Below are positions 9,880 to 19,166 of a stretch of 35,035 nt of DNA, one piece after another. The position numbers and the translations under genes are program-made. The stretch comes from a virus (lineage: Duplodnaviria > Caudoviricetes): IMG/VR virus record IMGVR_UViG_3300044771_000024, positions 1-35,035 of that record. One strand, 5' to 3'. Under the pieces are notes generated by a model, which saw only the letters and a program-made list of their open reading frames with translations, was not told the DNA's origin and ran no database searches. How positions within the stretch are numbered: the first letter of the stretch is position 1; the number at the start of each line of letters is the position of its first letter.

Positions 9880-10590
9880 TTATTCACCATCCGTAAGAAT
9901 ATTATACTTACCCGCAGACATGCCTAAATCTACAGTGGCAATCGGCTGTCGAGAATTAAGTTTGATTATTGCGTCAAGGGACTCTTTAGCCAGCATAACT
10001 ACTCCCTGTGTTATTTCCCATCCATATACGGATGCGAGGTCAATGGCAAGCTGATATTTCAATGCCCGTTCATAAGCTACGGGAAAGGTAAATGTATCAG
10101 TTGAAGCAGTAAAGGGCGTTAATGGTTTTGAGGAGTTTAGATATATTTGATAGGCAGAGTCAGGCACGGGATAAAAATACATTGTTCCCGCCTGATTGAC
10201 TTGCTGTGTATTACCGGGATAGTAATATAATTCATTGGGTATGCCTTTTACCGTTTTATCGCCATGTGCATCATATCTTTCTCTGTCTATAATTTCGATA
10301 TTAGAGTCATTGCCATTAGCATCTCTTAAAAACGCACTTGAGATTTTATTAGGTTTAGAGGCATTAATTGCTTGATTAGTTCCAATCTGATAACTTGCCT
10401 GACTAACAGTGCAGGTAAAGTTATCATTTACAAGAGCAGAGGACAAAACCGCCCTTATTCCCCAGTTATTAATTAAAGAATTAAGAAAGAGAAGGTCTCT
10501 TGTGATTTCGGCCGCTGAGGGCGTATCCCCTGCATTAAGAGTCCCCATAATCCACCTTGCGCCCTTAATAATATCAAGTGCAGTTGACAT
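9880..10590 (-). CDS. Head-tail adaptor (P22 gp4-like)
   Basis: MSTALDIIKGA...LNSLINNW and FPVAYERALKYQLAIDLA pattern; synteny. Confidence 0.7.
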   Translation of the reverse strand: MSTALDIIKGARWIMGTLNAGDTPSAAEITRDLLFLNSLINNWGIRAVLSSALVNDNFTCTVSQASYQIGTNQAINASKPNKISSAFLRDANGNDSNIEIIDRERYDAHGDKTVKGIPNELYYYPGNTQQVNQAGTMYFYPVPDSAYQIYLNSSKPLTPFTASTDTFTFPVAYERALKYQLAIDLASVYGWEITQGVVMLAKESLDAIIKLNSRQPIATVDLGMSAGKYNILTDGE

Positions 10591-10619
10591 TATTTGCCCC
10601 CCTATGACCCTTTAAGCAT

Positions 10620-10648
10620 GAGCGGAGAAGGATAAACCCTCCCCGCTC
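10620..10648 (-). terminator. GC-rich hairpin after the head genes (terminator/attenuator candidate)
   Basis: GAGCGGGGAGGG-TTTAT-CCTTCTCCGCTC, 12-bp stem with G-U pairs; no strong U-tract. Confidence 0.45.
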
Positions 10649-10666
10649 TGCTCACTGCTATCTGCT

Positions 10667-10930
10667 TCAATGACACTTCACACATACCGTGCCTGCCTGT
10701 CTAAGCTGGTAATTCCAAAGCACTCTCTTAGTAGCCTCGTCAGTTTTTAGTTGTGGTAGAATTTCCTGCCATTCAAGAAGCTGGCTAATAGTAGGCACAT
10801 TGAGTTTAGCGCCCTTCATTAAATCCCCAAGATGAGATTTAATTCTGAACGCTCCATATCTCATACCTACTACAAAAACCAGTCCGATTACCAAAGCGCT
10901 TACCACAATCTTAACCTTATACAAGCCCAC
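10667..10930 (-). CDS. Small membrane-anchored hypothetical protein
   Basis: N-terminal TM helix; C-terminal CVKC. Confidence 0.5.
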   Translation of the reverse strand: MGLYKVKIVVSALVIGLVFVVGMRYGAFRIKSHLGDLMKGAKLNVPTISQLLEWQEILPQLKTDEATKRVLWNYQLRQAGTVCVKCH

Positions 10931-12000
10931 TATGGCATCACCATCTTTAACCCGATAGTTGCATGTGCTGTTGCATTACCACTTAGGTTTACAGTGATTG
11001 TTCCGCTTGACTCTGTGCATCCATTTATAAACACAGCCTGTGTATTAGTGGGAATACATCCCAAGAACAGGGCGTTGCTTGGAATGGCAACGCTGTTAGT
11101 GGCAGAACCACTTGCGATGACAAGCGAAATTGTGTTAGTGAGTAAGGTGCTTGCCTGCACAGAGGAACTGCTAAGAGTTATTGCGCCTACGGCTGTAATG
11201 GTAGCATCGCTTGACATTGTTATCCACGATGGACTTGCACTACCTTGACCAATGAGTATTTGTGCATCCGCATTGGAGTTGTCAATCATGGAGGCTGTAA
11301 TGTAGCCAGCCGAAATCGAGCCTACACCAGCATTGTTAATTGTCAATGCACCGCTTACAGTTACAGCATTCCATCCATAATTCAACTCATACAGCAATAC
11401 TTGACCATCCGAAGCTGTCATATCTACATCACGGTTTGGCAAGGTAAGGGTTCTGTCCGCAGTGGGGTCAGTGGCAGTAATGGTCATTTCATAATCATCA
11501 GCTGTTGCACCCTCCAAAACAACGGTTGCCCCCTCCTGTGTTGCACCAGAAGGTATGGTAATCGTGCCTGCTTCATAGTCCTCCTGTATGTAAGGAGACT
11601 CAAAATCTACATGCCAATCGTTACCCGGCCCTGTTGAAATGACCATATAAGCGTTCTGGTAAAGCAGTTTTCGTGTAGACTCACCGCCTATGGTATTATC
11701 GGTAGCGGGAGTAACTGTTACAACATTGGTGCTTGCATCGGTCTTTTTAATCTTATAGGCTTTTGTTCCACCTACCATTGAAGATGAGACCGATGGAAGC
11801 GTTATTGTAACAGCACCGCTTGTGGCATTAACCTGAATTTCGCTGTCCGCAGAAGTTACTGTGTAGTTAGCAGTCTTGGTTACCATTGCCGATGGGCTAA
11901 AGGTATATCTATCTCCACCCTGACGGATAGTTTCCGAGAAGGAAACACCTATCATTAGCAAGGCAATCAACAAAACTGCTAACAATGTGGATTTTTTCAT
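10930..12000 (-). CDS. Head decoration/fibre-like protein with signal peptide
   Basis: ATG 12000 lies one base after the coat stop; MKKSTLLAVLLIALLMIGVSFS; KTANYT...TITLP module; Ser/Thr-rich repeats. Confidence 0.6.
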   Translation of the reverse strand: MKKSTLLAVLLIALLMIGVSFSETIRQGGDRYTFSPSAMVTKTANYTVTSADSEIQVNATSGAVTITLPSVSSSMVGGTKAYKIKKTDASTNVVTVTPATDNTIGGESTRKLLYQNAYMVISTGPGNDWHVDFESPYIQEDYEAGTITIPSGATQEGATVVLEGATADDYEMTITATDPTADRTLTLPNRDVDMTASDGQVLLYELNYGWNAVTVSGALTINNAGVGSISAGYITASMIDNSNADAQILIGQGSASPSWITMSSDATITAVGAITLSSSSVQASTLLTNTISLVIASGSATNSVAIPSNALFLGCIPTNTQAVFINGCTESSGTITVNLSGNATAHATIGLKMVMP

Positions 12001-12001
12001 C

Positions 12002-13195
12002 TTACCCCCATATCCTACAAGCAAGCTGACTCCTCACGGTTAAATAACCGTAAAGAATGTCAATCCTGCTTATAAACTGGTCTTGTGTGATGTCATAACC
12101 TCTCAAGAACCTCATTGAGAGATTATCTATGACTACCCTTGCCGACATATCCATATTCTTCGGCATTTCCAAATCAGCCGATACGAAAACGAAGGCGTCT
12201 TTGTGGTATGCCACATTCATAGGATATGCCACCGAAGCTGTGCCTGCAAAAGTGAGAAGCGCATCATCCGCTGGGCCTGCATTTACATTCTGTTTAGCCC
12301 CCGACGTGGTAATTGAAGGGCTAATGCTGAGTGTAACTGCACCAGCTACGCAGACAGCATCTGCCGTTACTGTAAACTGCTTCTCATAACTATATGCAGT
12401 TTTGGTTTCAGGATGCACTGCCAAGACATTGGCAAGAGTGAAAATGTCGCCCTTTTTAATGGTAACAGTAGCACCGAACCCATCACAAATCAGGCTTTTG
12501 CCTGCCTGTGTTGCCCCATTAACACGAGGAGTCGTGTTAGTCCTTGACCCACAGGTCAATACAGGAATAAGCGCATTGCTATACCAGTCAAAGCCTAATG
12601 CGTGCTTCATTTGACCTGTAAGATATTGTTTACTAACAGCAGGGGCATAATTAAATAGGCTCGAAAGTGCATTGACCATTGCCACTTCACCGGCAGGATT
12701 GAGAATTAGCGTCCTATCGCTGATAGGTGCAGCATTCTCAGTTAATATCTTGCCTGCATTAAGGATGGTTAACTGAGAAGCTGGAGTTGTTCCCGGTGTC
12801 CCTGTGGCGTTGTAAACATCTTTCACCATATCGAGGGCATCGGCCTCTACACTGGCAGCCAGAACTGACATGGCAGGCTTGATAATTCTATCCGAAAAAT
12901 CATCAAGACTAAGCGTCAATTCATCGCTATAGAAGCTCATATCAACGCCCTTCATTGTGGCCAATGTAAGCGTTTCGCTTACTTCCTCTGTGTTCTGAGG
13001 ACTTGCTACTCTGCCTGTTCTGACCACATACTCATTAGGCATACGGATTTTCAACTGAGAGCCAATCTTAGCACCCGTGATTGCAAAGGACTTGTCATGT
13101 TGGCGATTGCAAGTCCCTATGAAATTCGCTTCGTTGTGCAAAATACGGGCGGCCTCTCTGGTTATCTGTTGAGACGTAAGAAGTGTGTTTGCCAT
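12002..13195 (-). CDS. Major capsid protein, P22 coat (gp5) family
   Basis: MANTLLT...ITREA, GAKIGSQLKIRMP, SRIDILYG; 397 aa, after the scaffold gene. Confidence 0.9.
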   Translation of the reverse strand: MANTLLTSQQITREAARILHNEANFIGTCNRQHDKSFAITGAKIGSQLKIRMPNEYVVRTGRVASPQNTEEVSETLTLATMKGVDMSFYSDELTLSLDDFSDRIIKPAMSVLAASVEADALDMVKDVYNATGTPGTTPASQLTILNAGKILTENAAPISDRTLILNPAGEVAMVNALSSLFNYAPAVSKQYLTGQMKHALGFDWYSNALIPVLTCGSRTNTTPRVNGATQAGKSLICDGFGATVTIKKGDIFTLANVLAVHPETKTAYSYEKQFTVTADAVCVAGAVTLSISPSITTSGAKQNVNAGPADDALLTFAGTASVAYPMNVAYHKDAFVFVSADLEMPKNMDMSARVVIDNLSMRFLRGYDITQDQFISRIDILYGYLTVRSQLACRIWG

Positions 13196-13198
13196 TAT

Positions 13199-14002
13199 TT
13201 ATCTCCCATATTTCTCCTTGTTCCGTTTTCTTGCCCACTCACTATCGGACATTGCAGTCTCATCTGTTGTTATTCTACTACTCTGTCCTGTAACGGTCGG
13301 CACGGGTTCAGGAGCAAGACTGATTGTTTTTTTAATAGCGGGCGCTTGAACTTTAGCTAAGAGTTTAGCCTCCAGTTGCCCGATTTCCCTTACCTGTGAG
13401 ACAGGGCTGAGTTTGACTATTCTATGCGTCTCCTGAATATTAGAGCCGAGATAATACTGGATTTCGGCTCCCATGTTAGACTCCAGAATAGCCGTGATAA
13501 TATACTCGGTCAATGGCAAGTCCTTGCGTAAGGCAACTTCGTCAAAATCCTCGTATTTCGCTCTTGCCTTGTCCAAGCGTTCCTTATGAGCCTGCACAAT
13601 ACCCTCCTGGGCCTTACGGGCTTCTTCTACCTGTATTTCCGCTCTTGCCTCTCTCCTTGCAACTGCAAGGGTATAATCCTCGTAGTTTTCAAACTGGTCG
13701 GGAGTCATAGGTACAACAGAAGGCGCTCGAGGTATTTCTTCTACCTTGCCTCTGCCCTCTGCTACTCCCTTCCAATATTGAGTTTCTGCCTCAGCCTGTC
13801 TGTGTTTCGCTATGAGCTGTTTAATTCTCCTTTCCGCACCTGATAAGACGGGTTCTGCCCCCGATGGTTCAGTAGCTTTCTCATCTATGGGTTCAGGGGT
13901 TTCCTCTGCGGGTTCCGCTCCCGCATCTTCGATTTGTTCGGTTGTGGGTGCTGACTCCACTATTACAGCCTGCGAGCCATCTGTCTCGATTATCTCTGTC
14001 AT
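13199..14002 (-). CDS. Scaffolding protein
   Basis: Acidic, Pro-rich N-terminus, coiled coil, PEPVPTV...MSDSEW C-terminus; between portal and coat. Confidence 0.8.
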   Translation of the reverse strand: MTEIIETDGSQAVIVESAPTTEQIEDAGAEPAEETPEPIDEKATEPSGAEPVLSGAERRIKQLIAKHRQAEAETQYWKGVAEGRGKVEEIPRAPSVVPMTPDQFENYEDYTLAVARREARAEIQVEEARKAQEGIVQAHKERLDKARAKYEDFDEVALRKDLPLTEYIITAILESNMGAEIQYYLGSNIQETHRIVKLSPVSQVREIGQLEAKLLAKVQAPAIKKTISLAPEPVPTVTGQSSRITTDETAMSDSEWARKRNKEKYGR

Positions 14003-14013
14003 ATTACCTCCAT

Positions 14014-14049
14014 AAAAAAAGCCACTGCCAGATTTCTCTGATAGTAGCC
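14014..14049 (-). terminator. Hairpin with GAAA tetraloop and U-tract immediately before the scaffold RBS
   Basis: GGCTACTATCAGA-GAAA-TCTGGCAGTGGCT followed by TTTTTT then ATGGAGG. Confidence 0.6.
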
Positions 14050-14074
14050 TTTATTCCTCAGCAACGCTAAGGGT

Positions 14075-14164
14075 TTAAGCTGTTATTAGCTCTTGCAGTT
14101 TCTTTTTAAGTCCCTCCAGTAATTTTAAAACTTCTATTATGTTTTTCTTTAATTCTATATCCAT
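14075..14164 (-). CDS. 29-aa amphipathic peptide between portal and scaffold
   Basis: MDIELKKNIIEVLKLLEGLKKKLQELITA; starts immediately after the portal stop. Confidence 0.45.
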   Translation of the reverse strand: MDIELKKNIIEVLKLLEGLKKKLQELITA

Positions 14165-14165
14165 C

Positions 14166-16268
14166 TTATACCATTATCTCTGTATTGTCAATCGGAGGCT
14201 CTAATGGAGAAATAGGGGGCCGTGCTCCACCAGCCATCATCTCCTGTAAGATTTCCATGACTATCTGTCGAATTTCCTCGGTAGAGTTTTTATTTATCTC
14301 TGGATATTCACTTTCTATCTTCTTCATCTCAAGCTGGATTTTCAATTTCTCTATCTGTAGTTTCTCTGCCTCGAGCTCTTCGGCAATGGTAGGTGGAGGT
14401 AGAGGTGCTGGTGCTTCATCTTCCTTAACAGGCCTTAAATGCGGTGGGAGGGTCTTAATCAATCGCTCTGCAAGTTCTTCGGCACCGGGGAAATCCATAT
14501 TTTTAACTAAAATATCGGCGGCCACCTGTGTAATCTGAGGGGCAGTTTGAAATAGTTTTATCATATTATCAACGGTTTCTATCCGTGCAGTAGTATAAGA
14601 GGGGCCCGTTGTTACTACAACATTATATTTACCTACACTAATGTCATTAAACGGCGTATCTTTGCCATCTTGCATAGCACTCCGTAAGAGTTTTTGCAAA
14701 TTCAAGCTACGATACCTTGTAGGATTAGATTTTATGGCTTGAATTGCATCCCCTGCTGTTGTATTAATAGGCACAAATTGTTCCGAGCCATCCATATTTC
14801 TGGATACAATTTTTCTTTCTGTATCGTATATAAATGGTATTAAGTTATTACAAATCTTGCCCGTTTGAATTATACCCCGTTTAAGATTATCAATATAGGC
14901 ATAACTGCCCACATCGGACTCTTTTTGTCTTGCCACGATTGCAACGCCTGATTTTTCATTAGATGGTGCGCCCAGACCAGCCCTGAAAATCCCGGTAGTT
15001 TCATCTAAATCTATCTTGCATACATTAAGCTCTGTAAAAATTCCCGTAGGGGTCTGTTGAGGAAATTGTCTCTGAGGGGGGCCGGGTGCAAGAGGGTCGG
15101 GATTGTATTTTAAATAAGGGAAATTGCTAATATTAGCCACCTTCCAATCATCTTCAAACTCGGCTACTTGTGCAGGCGTTACAAGGTATGGGGTTTTAGG
15201 TGCAAGGGCTATGGTTTCAGCACCAAGCGTATGCCAATAATTATATAATTTTTGTGAGTCTTTAGCATTTCTAACAAGCCCTTTTCTGTAAATCTTGCCT
15301 TCAATGTTCAATTCTCTACCATAAATTAAGACAAGGGGAATATACTCACCACTCCAGTTATGGGCTTCAAGCACATCGGAAAATGAAATTAAATAATGCT
15401 TAATCTCGATTTTCTCTGTTTTGCGTTCCTGCAAAATGGTTATAGGTGCAATATCTACATTTGCAATATCGGGAGATGGAACAGATTGTCTCTGTTGTTT
15501 CTCGAATTCCGATTTTTCCATAACTGACCCGTTGGATAAATGAACAATAGTTTTGGCGGTGCGGTTTTTGCAAAAGTATTCCATAACAGTAACAGAGGTT
15601 TCGTCCCACCAGTCCATGTAATCTACACCAACAGCATCCCGATTGTCCTTACTGGGAACTGTAGCTTTGGGATATTTTTCTTGAAACTCCTCTCTGGGAA
15701 GTTTATCTATAACAAACCCATAATCATCATTACCGGAGGGGTCTAAATAAACAGCGTGGGGGTTCTTGCAGGGTGCAATATAGATTTCTTGCTCAAATGA
15801 CATATCGTCTGTATATCTTGTTAGCACTCGCCAAGCTCCCAAGCCACAGGCAACCATTAATTCAAAAGCATCATCGTAGATAATTTCTGCGGTAGATGAA
15901 TACTCGATGTTTCTAATAATTCCTTCTCTGATTTTAGCAATCTCTATATTTGCCTCTGAATTAGCAGGTCGAATTTTGATTTGAGGACGATTTAATCTAC
16001 CATCCCCCGTAACTTGATTAACATATTTAGGCAATAAATTAATCGTTAAGTAAGCTCTACCTGAATCGTCCCGTCTTTTTTTCTCGCCTTCGTCCCACTG
16101 GTCGCCATCTAAGAATTTTAAATCGTTTATTGCGTTAAGGCGATTATGTTTATCTGCCTCTACTGCCCATTTTAATCGTTTTTTAGCTAACTCCAGAATT
16201 TTCATTTTCTCTGCTGTGTCTTTACTGGCAGTGCTTTCGCCTACTGTATCTTGCTGGACTATGCCCAT
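14166..16268 (-). CDS. Portal protein, P22 gp1-like
   Basis: FLDGDQW, LTINLL, GLVRNAKDSQKLYNY, NEKSGVAI motifs; 700 aa. Confidence 0.9.
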   Translation of the reverse strand: MGIVQQDTVGESTASKDTAEKMKILELAKKRLKWAVEADKHNRLNAINDLKFLDGDQWDEGEKKRRDDSGRAYLTINLLPKYVNQVTGDGRLNRPQIKIRPANSEANIEIAKIREGIIRNIEYSSTAEIIYDDAFELMVACGLGAWRVLTRYTDDMSFEQEIYIAPCKNPHAVYLDPSGNDDYGFVIDKLPREEFQEKYPKATVPSKDNRDAVGVDYMDWWDETSVTVMEYFCKNRTAKTIVHLSNGSVMEKSEFEKQQRQSVPSPDIANVDIAPITILQERKTEKIEIKHYLISFSDVLEAHNWSGEYIPLVLIYGRELNIEGKIYRKGLVRNAKDSQKLYNYWHTLGAETIALAPKTPYLVTPAQVAEFEDDWKVANISNFPYLKYNPDPLAPGPPQRQFPQQTPTGIFTELNVCKIDLDETTGIFRAGLGAPSNEKSGVAIVARQKESDVGSYAYIDNLKRGIIQTGKICNNLIPFIYDTERKIVSRNMDGSEQFVPINTTAGDAIQAIKSNPTRYRSLNLQKLLRSAMQDGKDTPFNDISVGKYNVVVTTGPSYTTARIETVDNMIKLFQTAPQITQVAADILVKNMDFPGAEELAERLIKTLPPHLRPVKEDEAPAPLPPPTIAEELEAEKLQIEKLKIQLEMKKIESEYPEINKNSTEEIRQIVMEILQEMMAGGARPPISPLEPPIDNTEIMV

Positions 16269-17551
16269 ATTGCCATCCCACTATAAGGTCTCCGAGTCAT
16301 AATTTCAGAAACAGTTTTGGGTTTAGGTCTGATTACTGCCTTATCCTCACTTACAGCCATATATCTCATAGCGTCTGCCCCGTTGGATGCCCAATCGTGA
16401 TAGGGCTTATTTTTAAATTCCTCTCTTTTATTGTCCCACTCCTTGCGATAGTTTTTAAGTGCTTCTAATCCTCGCTTGCACTTGGTCTTATCGAACCATA
16501 CTTTAGGCAAGAGGTTTCTAACTGCATGAATTCCATCTTCGATGGAGATATTAGTAACAATTTTGAAATCAATTCCCAATGCCTTAGCTGTATCTATCCT
16601 TGCCTTGCCACTGCCTAATTCTCTAACCTTTATATCATGGGGAGCAAAATGACCTCCATAAATATAGCCCTTGTCTGCCAAGACCTTAATATAATGAGGC
16701 AATCCCTCACCCGAATTTTCGTAATAATCAATACATCGGACTTCCATGCCCGCCCTCTGCGCAAACCAAATACCTGTGGAGTCGCCCACTCCTAAGTCCC
16801 AGAAGGTAAATACAGGGAGTGCTTTCTCGTGAGGCACATTCGAGACTCTGCCCTCTATCTCTGCCTGTTTGATTTCCTTACTATAATATGCACCAACGGC
16901 GGATACTTCAAAAGAACACATATATTCACGATTGAAAGAGTCCTCGTCCATATTGCTTTTTATTGCCTCAATATCAGTATTTAAGCCCTGATTTTTAGCG
17001 TCTTCGATGGTAACGATATGTTTAGAGAAATTGGAATTATTATATAAATCCCAAAACAGATTTCGACCATTGGGCGTAGATGCTATAGAAACTCTAAATC
17101 CCCTTGTAACTGCGGGATAAATGGCCCTCCAAATCTCAATACAATTCTGATGAAAAGCAAACTCGTCGAGGAAGATGTCTCCTGTAAATCCCCTCACAGT
17201 ATCGGGATTGGAAGGGAGACTAATAATTCGACTTCCATTAATTAGTGTTGCCTCCTCGATACCTCCTGCCATAAGGAGCTTAACCTGTATTTTTTTACCC
17301 GATTGGTCGGGTTTGGAGCTTAAAACAGTCTCTATAAACCTTATATGAGACAGAACTTTCTCCATGACCTCCTTAGATTGTCTTTCTGATGCAGACAAGA
17401 TGATTTTATCTCCCTTGACCCTCAATGCGCCTTGGACAGCATCTAAGGCAAGTGTGAATGATTTGCCTACCTGCCTCGAGGCCAACCACAACTTTAGCTT
17501 AGAGTCGTCCTCAATCCATTTTCGCTGATAGGGCAACAGGACTTCGGGCAT
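16259..17551 (-). CDS. terL: Terminase large subunit
   Basis: LLPYQ motif, Walker A SRQVGKS, Walker B IFLDEFA, STPNG coupling motif, nuclease WDLGVGD and HDWASNGADAMRY. Confidence 0.92.
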   Translation of the reverse strand: MPEVLLPYQRKWIEDDSKLKLWLASRQVGKSFTLALDAVQGALRVKGDKIILSASERQSKEVMEKVLSHIRFIETVLSSKPDQSGKKIQVKLLMAGGIEEATLINGSRIISLPSNPDTVRGFTGDIFLDEFAFHQNCIEIWRAIYPAVTRGFRVSIASTPNGRNLFWDLYNNSNFSKHIVTIEDAKNQGLNTDIEAIKSNMDEDSFNREYMCSFEVSAVGAYYSKEIKQAEIEGRVSNVPHEKALPVFTFWDLGVGDSTGIWFAQRAGMEVRCIDYYENSGEGLPHYIKVLADKGYIYGGHFAPHDIKVRELGSGKARIDTAKALGIDFKIVTNISIEDGIHAVRNLLPKVWFDKTKCKRGLEALKNYRKEWDNKREEFKNKPYHDWASNGADAMRYMAVSEDKAVIRPKPKTVSEIMTRRPYSGMAIWA

Positions 17552-17673
17552 TAAAACACCCTTATACACAAAACCATTAAAAGCTCCTGATATTCCGCAT
17601 TGGAAAGTTTGAGGTTTTGCTGAGATTTCAATGCTTCCTGTCTTAATTTCTCAAATTTCAAAAGGGCTTGCAT
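17551..17673 (-). CDS. 40-aa hypothetical protein coupled to terL
   Basis: MQALLKFEKLRQEALKSQQ...; TAATG overlap with the terL start. Confidence 0.35.
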   Translation of the reverse strand: MQALLKFEKLRQEALKSQQNLKLSNAEYQELLMVLCIRVF

Positions 17674-17703
17674 GGTTATCATTAACACAAACCGTAGTTT
17701 ATG

Positions 17704-17979
17704 TCAAGCTGCCCGTTTCCTATATTTCTTTTTAGTGGCGATATGCTGATAGGGATTTAATGCCGGATAGCGCCTACTGTTCACCCAATTAATGAATTCC
17801 CTGCATTGCATCCCCACTTCTCCGCAATAAGAACATTCCCTCAAGGGGTTGCCCCAAACAATATACCCACAGTCCATACAAAGCCCCGACCTTCCCCCAC
17901 AGGTCTCTATTTTAGCACAGAGATTGCAGGGATAATTATCTTTATATCGGCGTATACAGGCATTTGTCATTTTCTTCAA
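17704..17979 (-). CDS. Zn-finger-like hypothetical protein
   Basis: Multiple CxxC motifs (CNLC, CMDC, CSYC) and a basic tail. Confidence 0.5.
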   Translation of the reverse strand: MKKMTNACIRRYKDNYPCNLCAKIETCGGRSGLCMDCGYIVWGNPLRECSYCGEVGMQCREFINWVNSRRYPALNPYQHIATKKKYRKRAA

Positions 17980-18320
17980 TCAATTCAACTACTTACAAAA
18001 ACCCCCTTTTTACAAAAACATCTCTATTCTCTCCTTGCCCTTGACGCTTAAATCCCTCCCTTCTATCTCTTATAGTAGAAACTACAAGCCCACATCCATA
18101 CTTTGTCATTCGTTTTGTCAAGTTCCACGAGGAACAATGCACATTTGCCCTCTTATGCCCATGCCCCCTACCAGATAGCATTATCCTTAATCGATTTGCC
18201 CCCCAAAACCTCCCTTATCCTTATATCCTGTGACTGTGGGAATATAGATTACGGAAGGAGACGGAGCCTCATGCGTCATACCCCCCCCTCCCCCTGACCT
18301 CCCGAAACAAGAGACCAGAA

Positions 18321-18348
18321 ACTTAACATAATGGACCTTATCGGACAT
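18321..18348 (-). other. dif-like XerC/XerD recombination site
   Basis: Minus strand ATGTCCGATAA-GGTCCA-TTATGTTAAGT: 11-6-11 layout, XerD arm one mismatch from E. coli TTATGTTAAAT; intergenic. Confidence 0.75.
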
Positions 18349-18409
18349 ATTTTATTGTAACCTCTTGATTTTGTTGTCTTTTTGGGCGGTATCTGCCTAT
18401 CCATCTCCC

Positions 18410-19000
18410 CTAAATGCCTGCCTCATCGTCTGTTTCCGCCTTGCTGGCAGTGTCATTTGCCTCTTTCGCAAACGAGATACCATATTTCTCCTCTTCCTTG
18501 GGCGTAATACCATAGACAGAGACCATTATCTCGGAGACCTGAAGTCCCAAAGCCACATTATCCGTGCTTTGCCCTCGCTCTAACCTGCCCGTCATATGGA
18601 AAACTTGGCTTGATTTTGCAAGGAAACTTATACATTTAGCATGTTCGAGTGGGGTAAGCGTTGTAATTTGTTCAATTTTCGGGGGACAGTCGAGAAATTT
18701 CTTAATCAAAGCATCGGTTTTAATCTCATTAACGTCTGCATAGTGGATACGGTTTTTGCGCCACGAGGTCAATTCGTCCACAGAGATGCCTACGGCGTGC
18801 AGATAACTATACACAGTAACCTTATTGAGGTTTTGGTTGCGTGCGGCCTCTACAGGGGAGAGACCACGGGCCAGGTCGCAGATTAGCTTCTTGCTATCGA
18901 GCTTATAGGGCTTGCGTCTGCGTTTTTTTTTCTCAGAAAGTATTAGGGCAACTTCGTTCTTTAGTTTTTTGGTTAGTTTTTGGGGCTGTTTAGTTTTCAT
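18410..19000 (-). CDS. Probable terminase small subunit (HTH)
   Basis: Basic N-terminus, HTH-like GLSPVEAARNQNLNKVTVYSYL, RLERGQSTDN segment; first gene of the late arm, upstream of terL. Confidence 0.55.
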   Translation of the reverse strand: MKTKQPQKLTKKLKNEVALILSEKKKRRRKPYKLDSKKLICDLARGLSPVEAARNQNLNKVTVYSYLHAVGISVDELTSWRKNRIHYADVNEIKTDALIKKFLDCPPKIEQITTLTPLEHAKCISFLAKSSQVFHMTGRLERGQSTDNVALGLQVSEIMVSVYGITPKEEEKYGISFAKEANDTASKAETDDEAGI

Positions 19001-19056
19001 TTACCTATTTATTATGTAATACGATAGATGGATGCAAAGTCAAGTGAATAAGATTA

Positions 19057-19106
19057 TGTCAACTGTGATTGACATTATTTGTCAGCCCGATTGACATATT
19101 TTGTCA
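19057..19106. promoter_or_regulatory. Phased palindromic boxes TGACA-N5-TGTCA (19070-19084, 19092-19106) plus half-site TGTCA at 19057; putative activator (bEBP) sites
   Basis: Two inverted repeats 22 bp apart (two helical turns), upstream of the sigma54 motifs. Confidence 0.6.
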
Positions 19107-19112
19107 TTTTGC

Positions 19113-19129
19113 TTGGCACGATTGTTGCC
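19113..19129 (+). promoter_or_regulatory. sigma54 -24/-12 element 1
   Basis: TTGGCACGATTGTTGCC: GG-N10-GC, close to consensus TGGCACG-N4-TTGC. Confidence 0.6.
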
Positions 19130-19166
19130 GACTCAATGATACCAATGCTTTACAGACATCGAGGGC

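Noticed and set aside
12000-12024. Programmed frameshift fusing coat to the downstream protein
   Set aside because: No clear slippery sequence; the downstream gene has its own ATG and signal-like N-terminus.
18281-18297. KOPS motif (GGGGAGGG) next to the dif-like site
   Set aside because: It points away from the site and lies within a simple C-run; it could relate to packaging but this is unsupported.
1625-18886. Many plus-strand ORFs in the track opposite the structural genes, and similar shadows such as 19593-19916, 20657-21002 and 31016-31594
   Set aside because: Antisense shadows of well-supported genes, lacking RBS or recognisable motifs.
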